A DNA stretch of 64,000 nucleotides, from positions 409,572,001 to 409,636,000 of the forward strand of contig OZ024741.1 of NCBI GenBank assembly GCA_964016885.1, read 5' to 3'. Position numbers and translations under genes: made by a program. Positions within the stretch are counted from its first letter, which is position 1, and each line of letters starts with the position of its first letter. The notes under the pieces were generated by a model. It was not told the DNA's origin, ran no database searches, and was given only the letters and a program-made list of their open reading frames with translations. Positions 41,201 through 55,950 of the stretch are shown here, piece by piece. Source of the stretch: Eledone cirrhosa (lineage: Eukaryota).

Positions 41201-42829
41201 ACATAGAATATTCGAAAATATTCTGTATGTTTTATTATAAACATACAGAATATTTTCGAATATTCTATGTCTATATTCACATATATATCGCTATTTCAGA
41301 GCATTTATTCCAATTTCTAATTTCTGCCGGACCGGCAACCGCTCTTTCAAACCAGTTCCTGTACACAGCTAAGTATTCTATAAGTCTCTAGCTGTGTCAT
41401 TCTCGATAAAAGCACTGGATATGTAGTCCTGAAGATTTCTAACAAGAATGAAACGCGTAGATTACTTCCCTTGCTTTTATCGAGAATCTAATTGTAATAC
41501 GTGACGTATTCTATTCTATAGCGATTAGGTCTTCAAAATGTTTATTATAAACATACAGAATATTTTCGAATATTCTATGTCTATATTCACATATATATCG
41601 CTATTTCAGAGCATTTATTCCAATTTCTAATTTCTGCCGGACCGGCAACCGCTCTTTCAAACCAGTTCCTGTACACAGCTAAGTATTCTATAAGTCTCTA
41701 GCTGTGTCATTCTCGATAAAAGCACTGGATATGTAGTCCTGAAGATTTCTAACAAGAATGAAACGCGTAGATTACTTCCCTTGCTTTTATCGAGAATCTA
41801 ATTGTAATACGTGACGTATTCTATTCTATAGCGATTAGGTCTTCAAAATGTTTATTATAAACATACAGAATATTTTCGAATATTCTATGTCTATATTCAC
41901 ATATATATCGCTATTTCAGAGCATTTATTCCAATTTCTAATTTCTGCCGGACCGGCAACCGCTCTTTCAAACCAGTTCCTGTACACAGCTAAGTATTCTA
42001 TAAGTCTCTAGCTGTGTCATTCTCGATAAAAGCACTGGATATGTAGTCCTGAAGATTTCTAACAAGAATGAAACGCGTAGATTACTTCCCTTGCTTTTAT
42101 CGAGAATCTAATTGTAATACGTGACGTATTCTATTCTATAGCGATTAGGTCTTCAAAATGTTTATTATAAACATACAGAATATTTTCGAATATTCTATGT
42201 CTATATTCACATATATATCGCTATTTCAGAGCATTTATTCCAATTTCTAATTTCTGCCGGACCGGCAACCGCTCTTTCAAACCAGTTCCTGTACACAGCT
42301 AAGTATTCTATAAGTCTCTAGCTGTGTCATTCTCGTTAAAAGCACTGGATATGTAGTCCTGAAGATTTCTAACAAGAATGAAACGCGTAGATTACTTCCC
42401 TTGCTTTTATCGAGAATCTAATTGTAATACGTGACGTATTCTATTCTATAGCGATTAGGTCTTCAAAATGTTTATTATAAACATACAGAATATTTTCGAA
42501 TATTCTATGTCTATATTCACATATATATCGCTATTTCAGAGCATTTATTCCAATTTCTAATTTCTGCCGGACCGGCAACCGCTCTTTCAAACCAGTTCCT
42601 GTACACAGCTAAGTATTCTATAAGTCTCTAGCTGTGTCATTCTCGATAAAAGCACTGGATATGTAGTCCTGAAGATTTCTAACAAGAATGAAACGCGTAG
42701 ATTACTTCCCTTGCTTTTATCGAGAATCTAATTGTAATACGTGACGTATTCTATTCTATAGCGATTAGGTCTTCAAAATGTTTATTATAAACATACAGAA
42801 TATTTTCGAATATTCTATGTCTATATTCA
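35266..42829. repeat. 310-bp hammerhead-containing tandem array (non-LTR retrozyme-like), ~19 units plus ~5 inverted units
   Basis: Exact 310-bp period (35271, 35581, 35891...); orientation flips at ~41236; (TA)n on both flanks. Confidence 0.96.
35402..35490 (-). ncRNA. Type I hammerhead with extended stem I (first array unit; present in every unit)
   Basis: gtagtc-CTGAAGA-ttct/aaca/agaa-GAAA-cgcg-TA-gattac, enclosed by a perfect 16-bp ATTCTCGATAAAAGCA/TGCTTTTATCGAGAAT stem. Confidence 0.88.
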
Positions 42830-42865
<36 letters not shown>

Positions 42866-43120
42866 ACAATAGCACCACTGACGATGTTGCAGATGTGCAA
42901 CGAAAGATTTATGATAAACTATATATATGTGTTTGTGTCTATATTGTATCTGTATTATTTTTGACCGTCGGTCAGTCAATGGCAACATTGAGGACTGAGT
43001 AAGTTAGATTACCGATATAAAAGACACAGAAGCGAGAAGCGAAAACCAACCAAACAGTGAGTGTGTTCTGTTATTAATTCTGGCAATATTACACAAATAT
43101 GACCCTCCCCAAGTATAACA

Positions 43121-43211
<91 letters not shown>

Positions 43212-44362
43212 CATATATATATAATATATATACATATATATATATATATACATATATATATAATATATATACATATATATATAATATATATACATATATA
43301 TATATATATGCATATATATATATATGCATATATATATATATATATGCATATATATATATATATATATATATGCATATATATATTTATTAAAATAACAGAT
43401 TAAAGTTTAAGCAAAGAATCGCTGCTTTCACCCTTAACGGGATCTTCTGAAACTAAAAAAGTCAATCTGTGAACGCAGAAGTGAATATTTCAAAAAACGT
43501 TGCAACCGGAGGAAGACAGGAAGACGATACTTTGGTTCGTGGAAACGTGCGCTGGCAAAGAACGGGAAAAAACGAATAAGATACGTCATTAATAGGAGCG
43601 GTGAAAAACAATTACGCGCAAAGACAGAACCACGTTTATGGTATAAAAGAGGTCGTAGACTAATGTTCTCTTCGGTGGTGCATAGAAACGTTCTCTGGCA
43701 ATGAACGAAAAAACGAAGATAATAAGTCATATGTGGAGCGTGGAGAACAATAGCACGCAAAGACAAAACCACGTAAATGGTATAGCAGAAGTTGTAGACT
43801 AAAATTCTAACTAGGAGACCGAATGAATCTCCGCTACAGAGTTAAGAACAAAGTAAATAAATACAATCCAGAAGTAATAGAAATAAATAAATACATACAC
43901 GCAAACAAATACGTACATACACAAGCATACGCAAAACCTTACCATAGGTATACAAAACCACGCACATATAAATGTGTGTGTGTATCCTTGTGTACAAATA
44001 AATAAATAATTATATAAACGTATATAAGTAAATAAATACGTATATAACAAGCGCACACACATACCTACATATAAATACACGAATGTTCGGAGACGTAAGT
44101 CAACCAAAACATGAAGTACACATATACACACACCCACCATACGTACGAACCTGCATACTCACGCAGACGCAAAACTCCCGTATACACATAGCCACACCCT
44201 AAATAGCAGAATATATAAAAATTATACGCCATAACAATCAAATATACGTACGAGAAGGTATACATACCTTCACAAAACATACGGGTAATATATACTTACC
44301 TATGCAAATAAGTAAAGGAATAAACAAAACATATACTTAGCTCCCACTTCCTTCTTTTCTCT

Positions 44363-45493
44363 ATGAAGGACGAATTCCCCAACGCGGGCGGTGGTTTGTA
44401 CCGTGACGATGGTCTTTTGACCATGACCAAGTGCGGACCTCGTGCTTGCGACAGGTTCAGAAAAGAACTCACAGCCTTCTTTAAAGGCTTCAACCTCTCT
44501 ATACAGGTTGAGGCCAACCTCTCGGCCGTTAATTACCTCGACGTTACCCTCAATTTGTCGAATGGCCTTCACTATCCGTATAGAAAGCCGAATGATACGC
44601 TTAATTACATAAGTAAGCATTCTAACCATCCTGCCAGCATAACCAAGAACCTGGTAAGAAACGTTTCGTTGAGGGTTTCCCGTCTTTCCACCAACGAGCG
44701 TATTTTCAACGACCATTCCACTTATTACAATGAAGCTCTTGCTCGAAGTGGATTTGTCGATAAGGTAGCATATACAGAGTACGAAAATAGACCTAGAAGA
44801 AATAGATCCCGTCGCATTTGTTGGTTTAACCCACCATATAATATGGAGGTGGCCACACCATTAGCTAAGATCTTTCTTTCCCTTATTACGAAGCATTTTC
44901 CCCCTACACATAAATATAGGAACATTTTTAATAGAAATACTATTAAAATTTCTTACTCTACGACTCCTAACCTTGCTCATAACATCACAGCTTCAAATTT
45001 AGCTAAACTACCTAGCCGTAGGAACACGTGCAACCCTGTAGTTAGTACTAACTGTAATTGTAGGAATCGGGCTGATTGCCCCCTATCCGGGAAATGCCTC
45101 TCTAGTAACATTGTCTACAAATGTAAGGTTGTAACACCCACGTCCCGTAGGGCCTACATAGGATTAACCACCAATAGTTTCAAGCAGCGTCTTTACATAA
45201 ATACCCATTCTTTTCGTTACCCTCTAAGAAGGAATATGACGTCACTTTCAGCTTATATCTGGAGTCTAAAAGACAACCACACCCAATATAAGTTACACTG
45301 GGAGATCCTAGCTAGGGCTAGATCGTATAACGGAAATAAAAGACCATGTGACCTCTGCGCTGCTGAGGCCCTGGAAATACTCTACGCCACAGACCACATC
45401 TTAAAGAAAAAATCTGAGGCAATTTCGGCTTGTAAACATAAATTGCACAAAACTTTCCTGTATTTCAGCCCCACGTTATACCCTAACGGATAG
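44363..45493 (+). CDS. PLE RT C-terminal half plus GIY-YIG endonuclease (Naiad-like, inferred)
   Basis: YRDD, YLDV, WFNPPY, CNC..CPLSGKC, IVY..YIG, CDLC motifs. Confidence 0.9.
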   Translation: MKDEFPNAGGGLYRDDGLLTMTKCGPRACDRFRKELTAFFKGFNLSIQVEANLSAVNYLDVTLNLSNGLHYPYRKPNDTLNYISKHSNHPASITKNLVRNVSLRVSRLSTNERIFNDHSTYYNEALARSGFVDKVAYTEYENRPRRNRSRRICWFNPPYNMEVATPLAKIFLSLITKHFPPTHKYRNIFNRNTIKISYSTTPNLAHNITASNLAKLPSRRNTCNPVVSTNCNCRNRADCPLSGKCLSSNIVYKCKVVTPTSRRAYIGLTTNSFKQRLYINTHSFRYPLRRNMTSLSAYIWSLKDNHTQYKLHWEILARARSYNGNKRPCDLCAAEALEILYATDHILKKKSEAISACKHKLHKTFLYFSPTLYPNG

Positions 45494-45931
45494 CACGATC
45501 TATACATGGATATTTTACGTCTTGATGTGGGAGCTAAGTATATGTTTTGTTTATTCCTTTACTTATTTGCATAGGTAAGTATATATTACCCGTATGTTTT
45601 GTGAAGGTATGTATACCTTCTCGTACGTATATTTGATTGTTATGGCGTATAATTTTTATATATTCTGGTATTTAGGGTGTGGCTATGTGTATACGGGAGA
45701 TTTGCGTCTGCACCACCTAAGAGAACATTAGTCTACGACCTCTTTTATACCATAATGGTTCTGTCTTTGCGCGTAATTGTTTTTCGCCGCTCCTATTAAT
45801 GACGTATTATTCGTTTTTTCCCGTTCTTTGCCAGCGAACGTTTCCACGAACCAAAGTATTGTCTTCCTGTCTTCCTCCGGTTGCAACGTTTTTTGAAATA
45901 TCCAGTTCTTCGTTTACAGATTGACTTTGTT

Positions 45932-45982
45932 AGTTTCAGAAGATCCCGTTAAGGGTGAAAGCAGCGATTCTTTGCTTAAACT
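45932..45982 (+). ncRNA. Hammerhead-like motif with variant core CAGAAGA
   Basis: agttt-CAGAAGA-ccc/gttaa/ggg-GAAA-gca..tgc-TT-aaact. Confidence 0.6.
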
Positions 45983-46117
45983 TTAATCTGTTATTTTAAT
46001 AAATATTTGCTCTACGGTTCTTATATATTTGATATATATTTATCCTTATCGAGCCCACTTTGGATTTTAGTCTTCAATTTTATTATTATTACTATGCATA
46101 TATATATATATATATGC

Positions 46118-46148
<31 letters not shown>

Positions 46149-46570
46149 TACTCTTTTACCTGTTTCAGCCATCCGGCTGAGGCCATGCTGGGGCACCGCC
46201 CTTGACATATATGTATATATATATACATATATATATATACATATATATATACATATATATACATATATATATATACATATATATACATATATATTGCATG
46301 CGGGTGCTCATGCTTATGCGTATGCTTGTATGTAACTGTTTGTTAACAGCACCCTGCCCAACTGTGACTGATAGCACCTCTTATTTTTCAATGCTTATTT
46401 TTCAATGTTTATTTTTTATTTTTTTACTTTTCACTATTCTTTATCCTCCAATTTTATTTTCTATACTCTATTTACTCTACTCTTTAAACCCCTCCCAACT
46501 TATGGCATCCCCATATATATTCTTCTGTCTTGGCTTTGTTATTGCTTGTGTAATATGTAATCACTCTTTA

Positions 46571-46616
46571 TGCTCTGATGAGTCCCACTTATAGTGTGGA
46601 CGAAACACTGTTAGCA
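46571..46616 (+). ncRNA. Minimal type I hammerhead
   Basis: tgct-CTGATGA-gtcccac/ttata/gtgtggac-GAAA-cactg-TT-agca. Confidence 0.78.
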
Positions 46617-46749
46617 AGTAAAGATATACCTATGCTCTAAGCGTTCTTTGTTGTTGATTATATTACGGCTCTGTCCTCAGACATCGAGCTAACCTTATAC
46701 TGCCTATTGGATAAGTGGAGTGTTACACACTCCTAATCCCCTCCCTTAT

Positions 46750-46954
46750 ATACTATATATACATATATATATACATATATACATATATATATACATATAT
46801 ATATACATATATATATACATATATACATATATATATACATATATATATACATATATACATATATATATACATATATATATACATATATACATACATATAT
46901 ACATATATATATACATATATACATATATATATACATATATACATATATATATAC

Positions 46955-46985
<31 letters not shown>

Positions 46986-47360
46986 CATATATATATACAT
47001 ATATACATATATACATATATATATACATATATACATATATATATACATATATATATACATATATACATATATATATATACACATATATATATATACACAT
47101 ATATATATATATATACATATATACATATATATATACATATATATATACATATATACATATATATATACATATATACATATATATATACATATATATATAC
47201 ATATATATATACATATATATATACATATATATATACATATATATACATATATATATATATACATATACATATATATACATATATATATATATACATATAC
47301 ATATATATATATATACATATACATATATATATACATATATATACATATATATATATATAC

Positions 47361-47399
<39 letters not shown>

Positions 47400-47409
47400 T
47401 ATACATATA
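46750..47409. repeat. Compound (TA)n/CA microsatellite
   Basis: Directly visible. Confidence 0.95.
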
Positions 47410-47568
47410 GTATACAAACCACCTAATAAATTTTGTAACCTCTGTATACTAGAGACCCACAATATTATCTTCTCTAACCGTAACCTACTTAACAAAAAAT
47501 CTGAAGTGTTTGCAACTTGCCAGCACCGCTTCAGACATTCCTTCCAAAACTTTAAGCCCAATATATAG
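47410..47568 (+). pseudogene. C-terminal fragment of another PLE GIY-YIG ORF
   Basis: [27 protein letters not shown] aligns with the ends of the other PLE ORFs. Confidence 0.75.
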
Positions 47569-49089
47569 CAATGTCGGACTTGAACCAAACACCACCTCTA
47601 GCATCAAACACCAGGGGCACACCTTATACCACATACCCAACACTAACTGATCTAATATAACACAAACAACGACATCCCTCTGGAACCCTTCGCAGGGAGA
47701 ATACCCATTTATACCTCTACGTTGGGTGTGACAACATCTACCTACTTGAACTGCACTACACCGCTCTATAGGTAATTTAAACATGAATTGATTGGCATGG
47801 TAGAGTTGTGCGGAGGAAGTGCCTTCCTTGGACAGATGAAAAACGATTTAATCTAGTAACGCTGATGAGCAGTATGACCGGTACGCTGAGTGCAGAGAAT
47901 GAATGTATTGCAACTGGCGTGCGGGTTGTACATATATGGATGATTTGATGGTCAGAGTGGGGTCATGAGGACTGCGGATTGACCTCTGGTCGGCCCTGGT
48001 GATGATTATCTTTCGACATCCAATGTAGCAAGCGATGACCCAGAACTTACCAGAGATCATTGTGTATTGAAGTGATTCTGCAATCACCGCGCCTGGTCCT
48101 TTGAGTAGACTGCAACCACAGAGATCATTAATTTAGAATCCTCGCCCGTCGTCTATAATATTCATTTGTGGCACTCTACGATGGGGGTTAATTCACCATA
48201 ATAATACGAACACCTTCAGCACAACTTAATAGACTACTCTATAGTTAAAACACTTTATGCTTTAGAAATTTTTTGGAAGTTGCGCATAACCATGGAAATT
48301 AGGGTCTATTTTGAGACACATTTCAATAGCTAGTAATAGAAACCTAGGAGTTACCTCCTCTCATGCATTAACTCCCCTTAGCCACACACACACTTCCGGG
48401 TGGTATTCAATGTCGATTCTCGCAACGTAACATCCTCCTGTATTGAACTAATAAACATCAGACTACGATTCTCTAACTGGATTGTCAAACGCCCAATATC
48501 GAATTGTCGTGGATTATGTGAGGGGCATATAATCTGAAAAATACACTCCCCTGACTATGAAAATGTCGAAGTACATGAAGCCCATATCATCCCTTCGCTG
48601 CGCATTTCCAATACTTTTAATATCTTTAATGCTTGCACTATTTTTAATGCTTATATCATCTCTCCACACACAGACTATAACAATCATATAAAGAATTTGC
48701 CACCAGATCAACCAACCTAAGTGCTTCTACTACACGTAACTCTCTGCCACACTATATAAACAAGACGCACGTGCTTGCCACACATATAACATTTGCACTA
48801 TATAACCGCTTATTTTCATGTTGTATTTTAACCTGTATTTTTGATTTTTGATTGTACCTTTTAATATGAATGTAATCTCTAAGTGTATACTGCCACTCTA
48901 AATGCTGTAATGAATGTTGACCCACAATATTTGCATATGTATCTGTATGTCTCTTGGGTGAAAAGGAGGTCATATAACTGTCCATTCATTAATAAATTGC
49001 TCCGTAGAATCCAAACCTTGGTTTGGAGGAAACAGTTGTAAGCACAAAAATGTTTTGAACAGTTCTTTGATTCTTATTTTTCATATTTC

Positions 49090-51067
<1,978 letters not shown>

Positions 51068-51378
51068 GAATGTATATATAATGTATTTTGCAAAACACTT
51101 TATGCTTAATTAAAAGCATTTTGAAGACCGTATGCTATTGTTTTAGAGTAGTGACAAACTCACTTACTTTAATCTCAGCAAACAAGGGGATAGACAGGAG
51201 GGAGTAGTTAGCCTTGATAAGCATCAATAAATGCAAAACAAGGCCTTATCGGCTTATCTCCCCTTGTTTGCTGAGATTAAAGTAAGTGAGTTTGTCACTA
51301 CTCTAAAACAATAGCATACGGTCTTCAAAATGCTTTTAATTAAGCATAAAGTGTATTGCAAAATACATTATATATACA

Positions 51379-51428
<50 letters not shown>

Positions 51429-51623
51429 TACATATATACATATATATATACATATATATATATATACATATATACATATATATATACATATATATATATA
51501 TACATATATACATATATATATACATATATATATATATACATATATACATATATACATATATATATATATATTAAGATATAGATATGAATTATAAGAATCA
51601 AAGAACTGTTCAAAACATTTTTA

Positions 51624-51670
51624 TGCTTACAACTGTTTCCTCCAAACCGAGGTTTGGATTCTTCGGAGCA
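51624..51670 (-). ncRNA. Hammerhead-like motif with variant core CCGAAGA
   Basis: tgct-CCGAAGA-tccaaac/ctcg/gtttgga-GAAA-cagttg-TA-agca. Confidence 0.6.
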
Positions 51671-53386
51671 ATTTATTATTGAATGAACACTTATATGACC
51701 TCCTTTTCACCCAAGAGACATACAGATACATATGCAAATATTGTGAGTCAACATTCATTACAGCATTTAGTGTGGCAGCACACATTTAGAGATTACATTC
51801 ATATTAAAAGATATAATCAAAAATACAGGTTAAAATACAACATGAAATTAAGCGATTATAGAGTGCAATGGTTATACGTGTGGCAAGCACGTGCGTCTTG
51901 TTTATATAGTGTGGCAGAGTATTACGTGTAATAGAAGCACTTAAGCAGGTAATCAAGAGTGTTAAGGGGGTTGATCTGGTAATGAATTCTTTATATGATT
52001 GTTATAGCCTGTGTGTGGAGAAATAATATAAGTATTAAAAATAATGTAAGCATTAAAAATATAGTGGCGTATGGGTTGTACATATATGTATGATCTGATG
52101 GTCAGATTAGTAACATGAGGAGTGTGGATTGACCTCTGGTCTACCCTGGTGATGATTATCTTTCGACATCCAATATAGCATGCACTGACCCGGAACTTAC
52201 CAGGGATCATTGTGTGTTGAAGTGATTCTGCAATCACCTTGCCAGGTTCTATGAGTAGACTACAATCACAGTGATCATTAATTTAGAAATCTCGCTCGTC
52301 GTGTATAATATTCATTTGTGGCACTCTATGGTGGGGGTTAATCCACCATAATAGGAACACCTTCAGCACAGCTTAATAGACTACTTTATAGTTAAAACAC
52401 TTTAAATTTTTAGAAACTGCACATAACCATAAGTTAGGGACTATTTTGAGACACAATTTAATAGTTAGTAATAGAAACCACTGAGTTACCTCCCCTCATG
52501 CATTAACTCCCCTTAGCCACACACACACTTCCGGGTAATATTTCGATGTCGATTCTCGCAACGTAACATCCTCCTGTATTGAACTAAAGAACATCAGACT
52601 ACGATTCTCTAACTGGATTGGCAAACGCCCAATATCGAATTGTCGTGGATTATGTGAGGGGCATATAATATGAAAAATACGCTCCCCGGACTATGAAAAT
52701 GTCGCAGTGCTTGAAATCCATATCATCGCTTCGCTACGCATTTCCAATATTTTTAATGCTTACGTTATTTTTAATACTTATATTATTTCTCCACACACAG
52801 GCTATAACAATCATATAAAGAATTCATTACCAGATCAACCCCCTTAACACTCTTGATTACCTGCTTAAGTGCTTCTATTACACGTAACTCTCTGCCACAC
52901 TATATAAACAAGACACACGTGCTTGCCACACGTATAACCATTGCACTCTATAACCGCTTAATTTCATGTTGTATTTTAACCTGTATTTTTGATTATATCT
53001 TTTAATATGCATGTAATCTCTAAATGTGTACTGCCACACTAAATGCTGTAATCAATGTTGACCCACAATATTTGCATATGTATCTGTATGTCTCTTGGGT
53101 GAAAAGGAGGTCATATAAGTGTTCATTCAATAATAAATTGCTCCAAAGAATCCAAACCTTGGTTTGGAGGAAACAGCTGTAAGCATAAAAATGTTTTGAA
53201 CAGTTCTTTGATTCTTATAATTCATATAACTGCTCTGTAAATCATCTGATGTTATTACATTGAGCTATTTAACTTACTGGTAATAAGGTAGTAATATATT
53301 ACTGCCTACCACTATTTAGGGTTTATAAAAATATATATAACTACAAAAGGTTTTTGTATTTGCATAACCATAAATAGTATACTTAA

Positions 53387-53451
<65 letters not shown>

Positions 53452-53519
53452 TATACACATATATATATATACACACACACATATATATATATATATACAC
53501 ATATATGGTGGCTGCCAAC

Positions 53520-54085
53520 TCGTTTTCGAGTATGGCCACTACTTTATATCAATGTAGGAGAACTCCTACTGATGCGCTGAACGAATGTGACTTTAGTCCA
53601 GCCAGCGATTTGAAAACTCTGGTACAAACACTACACTTGTGACAATTATTGACCCATAGTGCTAGGCCCATGATACCATGTGATGACAAGTGCAGAGAGA
53701 TCTCCAGATATAAAGCAATGCCTGTGCCGTGAAGCTTTTATAGTGAGCAAAGGCACTGCACAAAGCCAGTCCCACTCTCTTAACCAAGATGATATTTAAC
53801 AAAAAGAAGAACAAGTCAACATCATTGGATACCATCAGAGTTGCAGGTGTTATATCAGAGTTTTCCTTCTCCTAGAATTCTGCCTTGACAAAGGCTAAGG
53901 GGTCATCTCTCCCGGTGATTTTGGATGGCCATTGACTCTTAAGAGCTCCTTTGCCCTTTGACAGGTTTTGTTTTTAGTCCTGCAGGATGTCCAAAGTCAC
54001 CCTCCTCACCAAGAAACCTTAGTGGGGTTGCCAGTTTAGTCGCCAACGACCCGACCATGAGACAGGTTGTACTGGAATACATGTT
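53520..54085 (-). mobile_element. Possible 5' UTR fragment of a non-LTR retrotransposon
   Basis: Minus strand CTAGGAGAAGGAAAACTCTGA motif resembles RTE-group 5' UTRs; no ORF support. Confidence 0.35.
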
Positions 54086-54109
54086 ACACATATATATACA
54101 CATATATAT

Positions 54110-54148
<39 letters not shown>

Positions 54149-54235
54149 TATATATATACACACATATATATACACATATATATATATATATACATATATA
54201 TACACACATATATATATATATACATATATATACAC

Positions 54236-54270
<35 letters not shown>

Positions 54271-54299
54271 CATATATATATACATATATATATTTATTA

Positions 54300-55780
54300 A
54301 TTATTTATTAAAATAACAGATTAAAGATTAAGCAAAGAATCGCTGCTTTCACCCTTAACGGGATCTTCTGAAACTGACAAAGTCAATCTGTAAACGCAGA
54401 ACTGGATATTTCTAAAAACGTTGCAACCGGAGGAAGACAGGAAGACGATACTTTGGTTCGTGGAAACCTTCGCTGGCAAAGAACGGGAAAAAACGAATAA
54501 TACGTCATTAATAGGAGCGGAGAAAAACAATTACGCGCAAAGACAGAACCATGTTTATGGTATAAAAGACGTCGTAGACTAATGTTCTCTTAGGTGGTTC
54601 ATAGAGACGTTCTCTGGCAATGAACGGAAAAACGAAGATAATACGTCATATGTGGAGCGTGGAGAACAATAGCACGCAAAGACAAAACCACGTAAATGGT
54701 ATAGCAGAAGTTGTAGACTAAAATTCTAACAAGGAGACCAAATGAATCTCCGCTACAGAGTTAAGAACAAAGTAAATAAATACAATACAGAAGTAATAGA
54801 AACAAATAAATACATACACGCAAACAGATACGTACATACACAAGCATACGCAAAACCTTACCATAGGTATACAAAACCACACACATATAAATATGTGTGT
54901 GTGTGTATGCTTGTGTACAAATAAATAAATAATTATATAAACGTATATAAGTAAATAAATAAGTATATAACAAGCGCACACACATACCTACAAATAAATA
55001 CACGAATGTTCGGAGACGTAAGTCAACTAAAACAAGAAGTACACATATACACACACCCACCATACGTACGAACATGCATACTCACGCAGACGCAAAACTC
55101 CCGTATACACATAGCCAAACCCTAAATACCAGAATATGTAAAAATTATACGCCATAACAGTCAAATATACGTACGAGAAGGTATACATACCTTCACAAAA
55201 CATACGGGTAATATATACTTACCTATGCAAATAAGTAAAGGAATAAACAAAACATATACTTAGCTCCCACATCAAGACGTAAAATATCCATGTATAGATC
55301 GTGCTATCCGTTAGGGTATAACGTGGGGCTGTAATACAGGAAAGTTTTGTGCAATTTATGTTTACAAGCCGAAATTGCCTCAGATTTTTTCTTTAAGATG
55401 TGGTCTGTGGCGTAGAGTATTTCCAGGGCCTCAGCGGCGCAGAGGTCACATGGTCTTTTATTTCCGTTATACGATCTAGCCCTAGCTAGGATCTCCCAGT
55501 GTAACTTATATTGGGTGTGGTTGTCTTTTAGACTCCAGATATAAGCTGAAAGTGACGTCATATTCCTTCTTAGAGGGTAACGAAAAGAATGGGTATGCAT
55601 GTAAAGACGCTGCTTGAAACTATTAGCGGTTAACCCTATGTAGGCCCTACGGGACGTGGGTGTTACAACCTTACATTTGTAGACAATGTTACTAGAGAGG
55701 CATTTCCCGGATAGGGGGCAATCAGCCCGATTCCTACAATCCCTCTTTGGATTTTAGTCTTCAATTTTATTATTATTACT

Positions 55781-55782
<2 letters not shown>
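54300..55782 (-). mobile_element. Second truncated copy of the 43381-46090 PLE, with a short inverted terminus (55741-55782)
   Basis: GIY-YIG C-terminus (55304-55740) is near-identical to 45056-45493; complete pLTR body. Confidence 0.9.
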
Positions 55783-55829
<47 letters not shown>

Positions 55830-55916
55830 GAAAAATTTGAACAGGGACGGAACAGAGAGGCAGTACAATAAATGTTTATTAAATTCACGCTCAGGAGAGT
55901 GGGGGGTAGGTGGGGG

Positions 55917-55950
55917 ACGACGTTTCGGGCATAAGCCCTTCCTCAGGTGA
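55917..55950 (-). ncRNA. Minimal hammerhead core
   Basis: CTGAGGA-gggc/ttat/gccc-GAAA-cgtcg-TC; stem I is not contiguous. Confidence 0.65.

Larger units (their letters stand above)
43381..46090 (+). mobile_element. Penelope-like element with an inverted 5' pseudo-LTR (43381-44347) and a 3' pLTR (45494-46090)
   Basis: The upstream segment is the reverse complement of the 3' UTR; RT plus GIY-YIG ORF. Confidence 0.9.

Noticed and set aside
31184-45493. Selenocysteine recoding, as reported for some Naiad PLEs
   Set aside because: Neither visible PLE ORF has an in-frame TGA; the conserved positions are ordinary Cys codons
47862-47900. CTGATGA hammerhead candidate (also CTGAGGA at ~59396)
   Set aside because: GAAA is absent (GAGT and GAAC respectively) and stems I and III are unconvincing
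53270-53330. Possible upstream heparanase exon at a GTAAGT donor (also ~60015)
   Set aside because: The translation shows no similarity to the expected ...TWH(H/Q) region
53940-54060. HDV-like ribozyme at a putative LINE 5' end
   Set aside because: I could not assign the nested double-pseudoknot pairings by eye; a covariance-model search is needed
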